Origin: Rebecca billardiae RCC1528
Lineage: Eukaryota; Protista; Haptophyta
DNA length: 64,000 bases
Assembly: GCA_965240325.2 (NCBI GenBank)
Contig: OZ251240.1
Span: 1,116,001 to 1,180,000 of the forward strand
Direction: 5' to 3'
Part shown: positions 1 to 12,434 of the stretch, in pieces
How positions within the stretch are numbered: the stretch's first letter is position 1
Layout: each line of letters opens with the position of its first letter
Notes under the pieces: generated by a model
Told to the model about the DNA's origin: nothing
Seen by the model: the letters and a program-made list of their open reading frames with translations, nothing else
The model's database searches: none
Program-made: the position numbers and the translations under genes

Positions 1-977
1 TGGTGCCAGAAGCGGCAGACAAAGTCGGGGTTTGTTCTCGCGCACAGCGAGTAGGCGCGCTCGCGCGTGACGAACGCGCCGCCGCCGTCGTCGTGCGGCC
101 GCTTGATGCGCTGCGCGGCCGCGTCGGATAGCCTGAACGCGCACTCCAGCTGCGCCTCCGCCGGCACCATCTTGGGCGGCAGCTGGAGGAAGCCGACCAT
201 CTGCCTGAGCACGCCAAGCCGGCGCGTGCGCGACGTGAGCGCCTCAAACGTCCACATGCCCAGCCGGCAGTTGACGGCGAGCTCGCGCCCGAGGTTGGGG
301 TTGCGGAAGGGCGTCGGCGTGTAGCACTGCTTGCGCGAGAAATCGCGGTACCGGTGCATCGTCCGGTTCCACAGCTTGGCGAAGCGGATCCCGTCGCGCG
401 CGAAGTCGTCCGCGTGGAACTTGCGCCTCGGGATCTGCGCGGTGTGGGAGCCGTATGGCGTGTGCTCGAGGTTGTACTCGGCGAAGAAGGCGTTGTACGG
501 GTCGCGCACGACGGCGATCGCCGAGGTGACTGCGAGCATCCGCCACACTTTCGTGCGGTTCAACGCGGGCCACGGCCGGATCAGGCGGATGGGGAGCGCG
601 CTCGAGAACTGAGCGTGATGAACCTTCACGACCACGACGTCGTGATCGACGCGGCCCTCGCCGGCGAAGCCTGCGGCGATGAGCCGCTTGTCCTTCTGGA
701 CGGAGCCCGTGCGCACGGCTGTCGCGCGCTCGAGCAGCATGCGCACCATCGTGTTCCCGCAGCCGGGCACCGTCCATAGGATCGGCGGCGCGTACCGCTG
801 CGCGCTGCCATCGCTCCCGATGAACTTGCCGCGATGGCGCAGGAACCGCGCCTGGGGCGAGGAGCAGCCAGCCGCTGCCTCGTCGGCGAGCGCGTCCGCC
901 TCGGCCGTGCTCTCTGGCGGGGCCGTCGCCGCTGCCAAGGCAAGCAGCGCCACCATGGCAGGCGCGATCGCCGGCAT
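1..977 (-). CDS. WSCD-like sulfotransferase-family protein, 3'-truncated by the window edge
   Basis: Open frame from ATG 977 to the window start (absent from the ORF track because it has no stop). Hydrophobic N-terminus MPAIAPAMVALLALAAA; motifs LWTVPGCGNTMVRMLLERATAVRTGS, GFAGE, VVKVHH and IAVVRDPYNAFFAEYN match the WSCD1/2-type sulfotransferase pattern. Confidence 0.75.
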   Translation of the reverse strand, partial: MPAIAPAMVALLALAAATAPPESTAEADALADEAAAGCSSPQARFLRHRGKFIGSDGSAQRYAPPILWTVPGCGNTMVRMLLERATAVRTGSVQKDKRLIAAGFAGEGRVDHDVVVVKVHHAQFSSALPIRLIRPWPALNRTKVWRMLAVTSAIAVVRDPYNAFFAEYNLEHTPYGSHTAQIPRRKFHADDFARDGIRFAKLWNRTMHRYRDFSRKQCYTPTPFRNPNLGRELAVNCRLGMWTFEALTSRTRRLGVLRQMVGFLQLPPKMVPAEAQLECAFRLSDAAAQRIKRPHDDGGGAFVTRERAYSLCARTNPDFVCRFWH

Positions 978-1149
978 GGGTGATCGACTGTCGACGGGCA
1001 AGCCCGGCGGGCGATGGCGGCGCGTGCTCCCGACGGCAACCGGCTACTTCGAGATTCAGATCTCCTGACCGATCTCGACATCATTCTCGTCGCGTTTCGA
1101 ATGCGCGAATGGCCGGCAGCAGCTGCAGAGCGGGTCGGTTCCTCCGACG

Positions 1150-3652
1150 ATGGTGGTGAAGATGCATCCGCCCAGCGCGCGGCCTCGTAGCCGCCCATCG
1201 ACGCCGACGGGCGCGACGCCATCTGCCGCAATGCCGTCCATCGCCAAGTTCGCGCGCCGGCCTTCGGCCGACGGCGCCCTCACGCGCATTGACTCCCTTC
1301 CTCTGAACCCGTCAGATGCCCATCTCCTGGCGAGCGCGCACAGCTGGCGCGATGAGAACGTCGCGCTTCGGCACAAGGTGGCGCAGATGCAGCAGCAGCA
1401 GGCGGAGTACGGTGTCCACGCCGCAAGGACGCGCTCTCGCCAGCCCTACCGCGCCGCGGACGAGAGCACGCGCCTCGCCGGACTGCAGCGCGAGAACGAG
1501 CAGCTGCTGAGACACAACGCAAAGCTGAGCGAGCAGGTGTGCGCATGGGCGCGGTGGGAGAGGGCGGAGGCTTGTCTGGGCGCATGCCTGCACCTTCCCC
1601 CCCGCGCGCTGCAGCCGCTGAGCCCAACCGCGGCGCGGGCCGGCCACGCGTCTGCCGCGCGCGCGCCCCTGGCGCAGCTCGTGCATGCGACGCAGGTGCT
1701 CACGCCCATGACGGGCGCGCTGCCTCGCACGATGCAGAACAGCCTGGGCATCATCTCCGCGGACTGCGCCGCCGCCGAGGCCGAGGTCTCGCGCCTCGCC
1801 GTCGACGTGCAGGCAGCCATGCTGGATTCGGTGCACGCGCTCGAGGGCGCGCACAGGGAGAACGCGCTGCTGCGCACGGCCGTCGATGCGCTCAAGGCGT
1901 CCAGCGAAGGTGTGCGCAACCCTCAGCTCGCGAGCGCGGGGCCAGCGTGCGCATGCGCGACCGCGCGACACCCGACGCGCGACGCTCGGCCCTGCACTGG
2001 GCTGCGCTCACGGCTGCGCTGCGTCCGCCACCGCCGACCAACTATCGCCGCGCCGCTGCGCAGGCGCGGCGGCGGGCGCCGCGGGCGCCGACGCAGAGAG
2101 CGCGGCGCGAGATCTGGAGCTCGGCGAGCTGCTCGCCGCGGCGCGCGCGGAGATCCTCACGCAGACTGCCCGCGCCGAGCGCGCCGAGCGCGAGCTCGCC
2201 GTGCTCCACGCCTCTCTGGAGGCGCTGAGTGCGGCCAACGGCCGGCTCCTTGCGGGTGAGGCCGAGGCGGCGCGGCTCCAGGAGCAGTTGGAGTCGGAGC
2301 GGGCGGCGCATGCGCGCGAGCTCGCGCTGTGGCAGCACGCGTACGCGGGCGCGACGAAGGAGCAGCCGGCGGCGCACACGCCGCCGGTACCGGCTGATCA
2401 GCAGCCGCAGCAGCGGCCGCGCACGCGCGCGCCGCCACCGCCGTCACTCGCGCCCCCGCCGCCGATACCGCCGCCCGTGCCGGCTGCCACCGACGTCGCG
2501 CCGCCCGCTGCACAGCCGGCGCCTGATGCCGGTGCGCCCGGTGTGCAAATGCCGCCGCAGGGGGTGCCGGCAACCGCCCTCCCATCGGGCTTGCCCTACG
2601 AGGTGGCTGCGCAGCAGCCGCTGCAGCCGCTGCAGCCGCTGCAGCCGCAACAGCCGCAACAGCCGCAGCTGCAGCAGCTGCAGCCGCAGCCGCCGCAGCC
2701 GCAGCAGCCGCAGCCGCAGCAGCCGCCACCGCAGCCTCAAGCTGACTCGGCAGCTGGTCAGCAGCCATTGCCAGCCGCGCAGCCCTTCACGCCGAGCACT
2801 CACTTCGACGGCCGAGCAGACCCCGTCACGCCCGCGTCGAGTGCGCCGACCGAGTCTGCTCATCAACCGCTAGAGCGTCACCCCTTGCCGGCGCACCTGC
2901 CAGTTGGGGCGGAGGCGCCGCTCGCGCCGGCCACACGCGCGGAGGCACACGCGCCGGAGCTCGGAGCGGCAGCAGCGCAGCCCTGCGGCTCGGGGACGCC
3001 GGGTGCGTGCGCCTCAGCGCAGCCGCTCGCGCCGGCCGCGCCGACGGCCGCCGCCTCGAGCGTGCCCCACCCGGCCGAGGGCGCACCTCCGCCTGCGCAG
3101 CAGCCGTCGGCACCGACAGCCGCCGGGCCGCAGCCGCTGCAGGCAGCAGCGGCGGCGGGCGGGCAGGACTCGTCCACGCGAGCGCCACAGTCGGGACAGC
3201 CGCTGCCGCAGCTGCAGCCTGCGGCTACGAGCGCGGAAGCACAGCAGGGTGTGGTGCGCACTGTGTCGACCGGCGCGGAGCAGCAGCCCGCGCCACAGAT
3301 CGGCCCCAGTCCGGCCGCGCTCGAGCGCACCGCATCCGCACAGCCCGCAGGCGCGCAGCTGCAGCCGCAGCCTGTGCAGGTGGCCAGCCCCTCGCCGGGC
3401 GCCGGGCTCGGAGCACCGACGGGCGGCGGCGTCACAGACCAGCAACCGGCTCGCCCTCTACCTTCGCGCAACGAGCCGCAGGGCCAGGGCGGGTCCGGAC
3501 TGCTAGCTGCCGCACCCAAGTTGGGCTTGGGCTCGCACTCGGCCACATCCGCGGCCATTCCGACTCCGAGCAGCATGCAGCCTCCTGCTGCTGTGGCTCC
3601 GGCAGTGAGCGCAACCACAGCAGAGCAGCCAGCAGGGCGGCCCGCGCAATAG
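1150..3652 (+). CDS. Hypothetical coiled-coil protein with Pro/Gln/Ala-rich C-terminus; 3 exons (introns 1537-1677, 1910-2063)
   Basis: GT..AG introns join ORF 1150 to ORF 1886..3652 in frame (E-G|AAAG). Heptad-like segments and CAGCCG repeats. Confidence 0.65.
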
Positions 3653-3707
3653 GCTGGGCTCCGGTCTCGCCGCGGACCGCGCCGGGGAGTCCATCCGACA
3701 TCCGACT

Positions 3708-5439
3708 TAGGGGGGCCAAACCGCCCATTTGAAAAAGAAAATCAAAGCCGCGGCGCATTTTCGCTCCACCCTCGGCCTTTTGGGGTGGCGCGGAGCCTTT
3801 TTCTCGGACCTCGCTCGAAAATCGAGCTCCGACGCCTTCGGGCGCTCAGAGCTCGGTTTCGCTCGAGCACGAGCGGCCGGAGGCAGTGGACCGCCGCGCG
3901 CTCGCGTCCCATGAGACGCCGAGATGGTCTCGGGCGCGCGCGCGCGTGACGCTGGTGGGCGCTTCTGACCCTTGCTTTTGCGCCACCAGCGGCTCACCAC
4001 CCGGTTCTTGGCCACCTCGCGCCGTGCGCGGCGCGCGTCGGCCGGATTGCATTGTCGCGCTGCGTACGCCCGTCACGCTACCGCTCCTTGTGGCTCAAGA
4101 TCAACTCGCCCCGGCGAGATCGATACTCGCCCCAAGTGTTCGTGTGTATCCGTGGATGCCCAGCTCGCCTAACCTGCCCTGCTGGGCCGGAATCGCCGTC
4201 AGCAGACCGGCGCGAGCTCGCGCACAACACCTCCACGGAGCCCGCAACTGTCATGTTCCGCTCGTAGGGCCCGTGTTTGCACCTGCCGTGGCACTTGCGA
4301 TGGTCAGCACGTTGGGTATGGGTCACACGTGCCCCCAGATGGCGTCGGGGCGCCTCCCATTCGCCTCTCAGGACGTCGCGGACGTGCTCGCAGGCAGCGG
4401 ATGGCTCATTCGACAGGTCCGACGTGCACTCGACCGTGCCTGCAAGCGCGCCCCTGTGACGCGCATGCCTGCAGAAGCAGATGCAGATGGGCCCCCATGC
4501 ACCCTGGTGCGCCCAAGACCGGCGGGAGCGTCAGAGACCGTCGCAATCTTGACACCTTGCACACGCCGGCGCTTGCCGTTGGGCCCCGCGCAGCCAGCCA
4601 GGAGCACCAAACAGCGCCGGATCAGCCTCTGTAGGCCGAATATCCGCCCCAAAGCCCAGAAATAGCGCGGAACAGGGTAGGGCGTACCTATATGGACCGA
4701 TCCTATGCAGCCTGGTTTGGTGCAGAGACGCCAGCCACCACCTGGAGCAGGCGTTTGCTGCCGAATCGCATGCTCGGCACTGTGCCGCACTGCGACGATG
4801 ACAGATTTGACCTGCCTCGTAGGTCTCGGCCAGGGAGCGGTGACGGTTGGCTCGAGTGACTTTAAACCTTGACTATGACCGAGAGTACTCCCGGGCTGAG
4901 GACATGGGGCCGGTGCTTTGAGTCCATCATGTCTGCAATACGCCGTACGCATGGCCGTATACACAGTCTGAAAACGTATCTCGCAGCTCGAGATCCGACG
5001 AGACTGTATTCATCAGCATGGCGGCTATATACACGGTGGGTATGTAACGACCAGTGGCTTCCGGGAAACTACGTGTTTGACAGCCTGCCAGTACACAGCC
5101 TATATCGCATGTTGGGACCTGCTGCTGCTGGGGACTCAGAGTCAGAACAATCTTGCTGAGATGCTCTATCAAAGTGAGGTCGACATGGTCTATATGTCAC
5201 ATATATGACATATAAGACGGCCGTTACATGCCGTTTCCAATAAGTTCAGGCTCATTCCAATAAGTAAATATGCTAGCCGTTACGCCCTATATTCAGGGTA
5301 TGTGCACCTGATATTTTTACTTGGCTGGCCCAGACCCCTCCAGAGGGCAAATGATCCAGCCCGAAATCAGCGCTAAGCACTCGCTAGGACCAGCGCTCGT
5401 AGCCGTCAGTCACGTCACAGTGCCACTTTGGCCCCCCTA
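3708..5439. mobile_element. Putative non-autonomous hAT-like TIR element
   Basis: 13-bp perfect inverted repeats TAGGGGGGCCAAA (3708-3720) and TTTGGCCCCCCTA (5427-5439). Flanks share only CATCCG (imperfect TSD). No transposase recognised. Confidence 0.4.
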
Positions 5440-5670
5440 CATCCGTGCTGCGGTGCTGCTGCTGCACATGATGATGATGATGAATTGTCTGTCATTCTGT
5501 CAATTGATGATCGATGATCATGATGTCACTGACACTGTGATGTGTCTCATGTGACACGGCCGGACGAAACTACATATATTATATATATATATATATAATA
5601 TATATATATATATTATATATATATAACTATGAATAAATTAGTATTATAAATTACTATAGTAGCTAGGTCT

Positions 5671-7300
5671 TATGGCCCGCGGTGCAGGGCGGAGCGCGCA
5701 GCGTGGAGCCCGCACCAGCGGGCCCGAACCACGTTTCAAAAAGATCTTTGATCAAGAAAAAAGGGACGGGGGGCGATTTTTAGGGCTGGCGGAGACCGAG
5801 TTTCGAGTTTTTGAGATCGCATAGAGAGGTCTATTAGGCCGAAAATAACCGCGCCCAGCTGATTCCCTTAAGTAAAGTGCGATCTGGACGTCAGCTGGAC
5901 GTGACATGAGTGTAACGGTTCGTTACGAGCGCGATTTTGTGGGTAGACTCTCGTTCATGTGTGATAGTTTGCCTCCGCCTTGATGAATATGAACTTGGCT
6001 TCGCGGCGGTTGGTATCTAGAGTCTAAAACCCGCAAGCCTTATTGAAAATACCCGCGCAGCTATTCGTTGCCAGCCCATTCCATAGTCACTGACTTACCG
6101 AGCTGGCGAGCTCAAAACCTGCCGCCGTCGCAAGCACGTGACGCGCAGGTTCCTTCGGGGTGGCGAGCGAGCCGCGACGACTCTTGGTCCAAGCCTCCAA
6201 GGGGGCGCTCGATGGGCAGGTGCGCGTGGCAAGTGCCGAGTGGCGCCTGGAGCGCGCGTCTGCGGCGGGTCCCGACGGCCGTCGACATCGCGTTCGTGCC
6301 CGCTCACTAGTCACTCCGCACGCCCCTGCCGCGCCCTGTCGATGCCTGCGCGGCCGGCCGGCGCGCGGCCGCGCCGCCGCCGCCGCAGCCGCCGCCCTGT
6401 GTTCGGGCTCTCGCAAGCTCGGGGGCAGCGGCGCATGATGCCGGACTGATCGATCTCTGAGTCTCCGACTTCACCACACGCCCCCCTTGCCATGCCTCTC
6501 CGCCAGGGTCTCCCAGAACTCTTCTTCAGAGCAGGCGCAAGTCGAACTCGGAACTGGCCGCGGCCCCGCGCGCCGTCGGCTCCCCGTGGCTGTCAGCTCC
6601 GCGTGGCCTGGGCGCCTGGCGTGCCCAGAGCTGGCCGTGCCTCTGCGACGCGTGCCGAGCCTGACCGAGGTGTGTCACCCCGTGCACGCGCGGCGCGCGC
6701 AAGCACCGGTGCTGCATGGCTGCTCGCACCGTGCTCCCTGGCTCGCGCGGTCAGTCAGCTCGGCCGCGTGGTGCCTGGTGTGCACGTACTGAGTCGCGCT
6801 CATGCGTCGCTCACGCCTCGCGCCCGCCTGTCGGCCGTCGCGCAGGCGCGCAGGTCGAACCCTACTGACCTGCAGATCATCTACTCCTGCGCTGCTGGCG
6901 TCGCGGCGACGACGGTCAGCGGCAGGCCCGAACGAACGGTCGAATCCGCGCGGTCCCGCGCCGTCCGGCTCCCTGGCTGTCAGTCAGCTCCGCCGGTGGC
7001 CTGGCGTGCAACAGTCGCGCTCGTGCGTCGATCACGCCGAGTCGCATCCGCCTGTCGGCCGTCGCGCACGCGCAGGGGGTCAGGTAAGGGCCGTCTGTGA
7101 TGAGGGCAGCTCGGCCGACGACCGACATCCACACTCGGCGCACGCCGGCGGCGGCGCGGCGCTGGGCCTGGGGCGGCGCGCCGCTGGATGGAGTCTAGTT
7201 ACACGTACACGTACGGGACGACTGCGACGGAGGGTGCACCGCCACCGCGGGCCCCGAACTACGTTCGTTCTACGGAAAAGGACCGCGGAACGCGGTCATA
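5671..7300 (+). mobile_element. Non-autonomous Helentron/Helitron2-like element, copy A
   Basis: About 120-bp left end and about 75-bp right end are homologous to 16786-16900 and 18601-18667. 5' GGCCCGCGGTGCA has a subterminal inverse near 7235-7253 (with a 6-bp duplication). 3' hairpin GACCGCG-GAA-CGCGGTC then ATA. Confidence 0.6.
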
Positions 7301-7554
7301 TATATCATATAGCGCGTTATATAAAGACAAAGTCAACCGGCGGACGCGCGCGCATTCTCGGCATTCTGCAGCATGAGCAGCCGGCTGCAGCCGCGACTCG
7401 TCCGCCACTCTGACTCTGGCTCTGCCAGTCCGACAGTCAGTCCGTTCCGCAGTCCGTGTGCAAATACACGATCCTCTGCGTCGTATCCCCGCCGTCAAGC
7501 GATCGAGATCGCCACGTGGAGTCGCCGCCCACGCGCCCCGCGGCCATAAATACC

Positions 7555-8649
7555 TCAGACGCGCTGCTTCGCCGTAGGGTCCGCCTTGAACTTCTGCGCC
7601 ATCGCGGTCGAGAACTGGCGCGAGTAGACGTGCGGCGGCACGGTGGACAGCGGTTTCGGCGCGAAGATTTTGATGGCCGCCGCTACCTTTTTGATGAGCG
7701 TCCACTCCTGCAAGAAGTCGATGATGCCGAGGTAGTAGACGTACAGGTAGCCATCGTGGTGCTGCGGCCGCGCAGTGGGGCAGGGGTGTCGCGCGAGTGC
7801 GCGGCAGTGCGTGCACCCTCAGCCAAGCCGCTCGCATGGGCGGCGCCGACAGCACGTGTGCGCGCCGCGTGCGCGCGCGTGTGCACGCGCGCGTACCACC
7901 ACGAACTGCTTCAGCCCATCCGCGGGGGGCACGGTCTCGCCCGTCCCGATCTTCATCACGCCGACCATGAGCGAGTAATCCATGGTGCCGAGCAGACCGA
8001 ACAGCTCAGCGTCTGCCTTGCACATGGCAATCACGCGCTCCGCCTGCGGCGCGGCGAGCGAAAAGTGCTTGGTGAAGGCCTCCTTCTTGCCCGCGTAGTA
8101 GCGCTGGCGCGCGGACGTCTGCAGGAGCGGCACCATGTCGCACCCGTACCAGCACGTGTGGAAGTGGAAGCAGCGCTTGTTCACGGTCGGCACAGACTCG
8201 CCATCCTGGTCCATCACCTTGTCGTCGCGGTTGCCCTTCAGGTCATACTTCCTGTGCCAGATCGTGCCCTCGCGCGAGGGGAAGCAGTTGCGCATCGCGA
8301 GGTAGTGCTTCCCGTGGCGCGTGAAGTGGAGGAGCACCGGCACGATCAGCGACTCGTTGCGCAGCAGGTGGTCGACGATGTCGCCGCCGTGCTTCAGCAG
8401 CGACTTGTGGTCGTCGCCCGCGAGCTCCTTCACGAGGTACTTCCGATCGGGTTGGACCAGGGTCATAGGTTTGCCGCCCTTCCCACCGAACTTTTCCAGC
8501 TGTGAGAAGTCGAGCTTCTCCAGGAAGGAGGCGGGCACACCAACATGCTCGCGCAGCTTCTTGTAGAGCCCGTCGTTGTGCGACGTCACCGACTCGCCGC
8601 CGACGTTGAAGGTGCCGACGTCGCTAGCGGGACGGATTCCCGAGTCCAT
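7555..8649 (-). CDS. Phosphatidylinositol-phosphate kinase (PIP5K family), minimal catalytic domain; intron 7762-7896
   Basis: Motifs GGKGG, YLVKE, YDLKG, MDYSLMVG, YYLGIIDFLQEW and STVPP; phase-0 intron joins KQFVV|HHDGYL. Confidence 0.9.
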
Positions 8650-9550
8650 GATCGCTCCCGACAGACGTGCGCGCGTCCTCGAAGGGCGGGGGCGCGCGCT
8701 CTGCCCCGAAGACACGATATGCCGAGGTGTGCCCGGCAAAGGTGCCCACGCCCACCTGCCCCAGGCAACAGGTAGCCTGATTGGCGCCTGCGCCTTGCGC
8801 CCGCCCGCCCGTGCTACTCGCGAATCGTAGTTTTCGGCCGCATCGCGACTTTTTTGCGGGCAACTTTCGCCGCTCGCTCGCGAGCGAAGGAAGGCGAGAA
8901 AAGTGACAATGGCTGTCGACCTGTCCGGTATGGTACTCCGGTTCGTCTTCTGCTTCGAGTCTTCGACTCAACAAGCAGCCGGACTGATTTCAGCATGGAG
9001 GCGCCACTCAAAGTATGGAAAGCGCCCCTCACCTGCCTGCGCCTCTGTTTTGTGGCGGTGTCTTTGTGCAGTGTTGGATGGCGTCAATCACGCCTTAACC
9101 AAGTGTGCACGTTAAAACATAGTAAACTGTAAGACTGTCCGCTCCATGCTCCATGCATGCGGAGTGAGGTGCCTGTCCGCGTGTCCTGTCGGTGGGTCCC
9201 ATCCGACCGGCCAGCCAGCCCTGGCAGCCCACTCGTGGATGACTCGATCAGCCGGCAGTGGCATTGTCAACGCCGCACGAGCGCACACGACAGCGGGTGC
9301 CCTTCGGATTGGCGGCCAAGCTCGCGGAAGCTCGCGGTTGCGTGTAATGCCACTGCACGGTGGCTGCGACCACCGGCGGCGGCGCCGCGTGAAAGTGCCG
9401 CCACTCGCCAGCGCGGTCCCGGGGCGGCCGGGCCGCGCGGGTCGGAGCGGCGGTCACGGTAGCTCTGCGGGATGGCGCCTATTTGCCACTACGGCGGTGA
9501 TACTACTAGTAGCGTAGGGTAATATTCCACTTGCCACTACGGCGGCATTG

Positions 9551-10618
9551 TCATTGATGTGAATCGGGTGACGCCGCCGGTGAATTGGTGATGTTGGGCG
9601 CGATGCGGATGTCGTCCACGGCATAGCCATATTCACGCGCTTTGGCAGCCACGAGCTCGGCGACAGCGGCGTCGGCCCGCCGCAATTCCGCCCACGTGGG
9701 AGCGCGATTCAGTTTAGCGCCCCCGTGGTGTCGCGGGTTGACCGCTGCACGAGGCTGCTCCCCGCTCTTGGCAGCCGCAGGGCAGAGCGGGGATCCCAAG
9801 TGGCGCGCAAGCAACGCACAGATCTCGGCAGGCGGCGTGTCCTCCACCCGGTACCGCACGTCCGCCACGGCCTCCAGCTGCTCGTTCCATGTGAGCCAGT
9901 GCTTCGCCACGAGCACGAGAAAGTCGGGCTCCAGCCGACTCTCTGGCCGGACGAGCGCGCGAGGTCCCTGGCCGTGCCAAGGTGTGTAGTGCAGGATGTA
10001 CGCCCAGATCCGCCGGTACCGGTTGGCGAGACGTCCGCGCGGCTTGCGGTCGAACAGGGTGTACGGCGATTTCCAACACGGATGCGGCACGGCCGAGCAC
10101 GTGTGCTGCCCGTACACATGGCGCGCGAACTCCGAGAAGGACTTGATGACGTTCAGCGGGTGGCGCACCTGGTGGGCAACGACGCGGAAGAGCCGAGTCA
10201 CACGGTCGTCGCCGCTCGTCACGCCGCCTTGGATGTAGATCCGCTCCGGGGGGCTTAGCATCTGCGGGCAGCGCGCTGCCCACGACACGAGCTCGTGGCC
10301 GGGCACGTCTTTCTCGTGTTCAATGCGCGCGCCAAGCCGCCGGAGTGCGTCCGTCGTGGCCGTCGTGCCAGACGCTCCGGTGCCAGTGATCAGTACGCCA
10401 CCGATGCGCGTGGTCCCAGCCGAGTGCGCGCAGCTGGCATTGTACTTGCATAGTAATACTGCCTGCCGGCACGCGTCGTCATGGTAAGCCACAGGGAAGC
10501 CACGCACCGCCGCAGGCCCTGCGTCCGCTGCTGATGCGCCCACGAGCACTGCCAACATCGAGACGACCGGAGCGTAGAGGGAGGGGCGCGACGAGTCCAC
10601 AAGGCGAGGCGGGCACAT
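9551..10618 (-). CDS. Sulfotransferase-like P-loop protein (start uncertain)
   Basis: LITGTGASGTT, IEHEK, HQVRHPLNVIKS and YRVED motifs; hydrophobic N-terminal segment; intronless. Confidence 0.65.
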   Translation of the reverse strand: MCPPRLVDSSRPSLYAPVVSMLAVLVGASAADAGPAAVRGFPVAYHDDACRQAVLLCKYNASCAHSAGTTRIGGVLITGTGASGTTATTDALRRLGARIEHEKDVPGHELVSWAARCPQMLSPPERIYIQGGVTSGDDRVTRLFRVVAHQVRHPLNVIKSFSEFARHVYGQHTCSAVPHPCWKSPYTLFDRKPRGRLANRYRRIWAYILHYTPWHGQGPRALVRPESRLEPDFLVLVAKHWLTWNEQLEAVADVRYRVEDTPPAEICALLARHLGSPLCPAAAKSGEQPRAAVNPRHHGGAKLNRAPTWAELRRADAAVAELVAAKAREYGYAVDDIRIAPNITNSPAASPDSHQ

Positions 10619-11259
10619 CCGAGCTGAGGTCGTACGCAAGGCGAGTCGAAGGCGGGCGCTTCCTCGATGGCTGCAAGACCTCATCGCCCGACCGTTGGCT
10701 AGTCTGGCATCACCAGAAGGCAGAACGCGGCCGCCATTCCCTTGCCGACCGGCCGGAAGCTCAAGAACTGAACAAGTGCGCTCTCTGCTGACCAGTCCCT
10801 CTTTCAGCGATCAGTGTCTACTCTAACTAACTAAGCTGGAAAGCCTACAGCAGTAAGACTGTACCGTACGTAGCTGACGGCGCTGTGCCGAGGGCCGTAG
10901 GCTCCGAGGCTGTGCGGTGTACAATGCTGAATGCTGTGCGCGTCAACAGCTGACAAAGTCGCTCCCGGACCACGGCCGGCCTCGGCCCTGGTCCCTGGCC
11001 AAGGCACCCATCCGTAGGTATCGGAGCATCAGGCAGCCGAGCCCGAGGACGACTTGTTTGAGCCGCCGCGTCGACCAGCTATGCGGGCGGCGCAGGGTGC
11101 GGCAGATGGCACGCTGGTGATCATCGGCATGGCACCACGACACCCGATTGCTGGAAGTACGCGAGAGCCGGGCTCGTTCCGCGTGTGTGACGTGAATGCT
11201 CGGCCATGGCTCCGCAGGGGAGTGTGGTGAGCCACGTCGCACCAGCCGCGTGCGCGCGC

Positions 11260-12021
11260 CTAAGAGATCTGGCCGCAGTCGGCGACGACGACCGGCGCGC
11301 TGGTCTTGCCCTGCTGAGAGCCGACCTTCTCGGCCTTCTGGATGACGTCGAGGCCGTCGACCACCTTGCCGAACACGACGTGCTTGCCGTCGAGCCATGG
11401 CGTGTCCGCCGTGCAGATGAAGAACTGCGAGCCGTTCGTGTTCGGCCCGGCGTTCGCCATCGAGAGGCAGCCCAACCCGGTGTGCTTGCCGCAGATGCCG
11501 GCGAATGTCTCGTCCGCGAACTTCTCGCCGTAGATGCTCTCGCCGCCCGTGCCGTTGCCGCGCGTGAAGTCGCCGCCCTGGCACACTGCGCGGCGGGACG
11601 GAGGCGGCGCGGCCAGCCGGCGCAGACGCCGTCAGCACCGTGGCGCAGCGCGCTCGACGCGAATGGGACACGAAGCCGCGCGCTCGGGCGCGCGCGGCGC
11701 GCGCGCGCACTGAAGCCCGGGATCACGCGGTGGAACGCGGAGCCCTTGTAGTGCAGCGGCTTGCCCGACTTGCCCACGCCCTTCTCGCCCGTGCAGAGCG
11801 CGCGGAAGTTCTCGGCGGTCTTCGGGCACGCGTCCGCGTAGAGCTCCATGACGACGCGGCCGGCAGGGGCGCCGCCTGCGCGGAGGCGGGGGCGCACGCC
11901 AGTCAAGACATGAGCGCTCGAGATCGAAAACGCGCGTGCGGCTCGGAGGGCCACGGCGCGCGGTGCTGAGGGTGCACGCACCGATCGTCATGTCGAAAAA
12001 CACCTGGGGGCGGGCGGCCAT
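11260..12021 (-). CDS. Cyclophilin-type peptidyl-prolyl isomerase, copy 1 (exons 12021-11982, 11875-11711, 11585-11260)
   Basis: [24 protein letters not shown]|[36 protein letters not shown]; GT-AG introns restore the frame. Confidence 0.95.
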
Positions 12022-12434
12022 GGCTACAGCTGCGTTGCTGCGCGGGGGCACGCAGCGCTCGGCGGAAGGCGCGTGAGCTCGCGGCGCGCGTGAAACAGGT
12101 GCTCAGGCACAGGACGGGGCATGCGCGGCGTTGCTGACGGCGTATGATCACGAATGCACGCGTAGATGCATGTCGCCGCGCGCGGGACGCGCCCGTGCGC
12201 CGCGCGCGGCGCGCTGCCGCGCCGCAGTCGCGACCGCGTCCGCCGCGCGCGTACTTGGGTCGGCGGCGCGCACGTCGAAGGGCGCTGCGCAACCGCTGCA
12301 ACTGTCCGGGTCCAATCAGAGATCGCCTATTCGCCCAGGTCTGCAAGCGGGTTTCGTCTCGAATGCCAATAACTTCTCGCCTTTTTTTTACCGCGCGATA
12401 CGGAATTGCCGAATTACGGAGAATACCAACGCGG

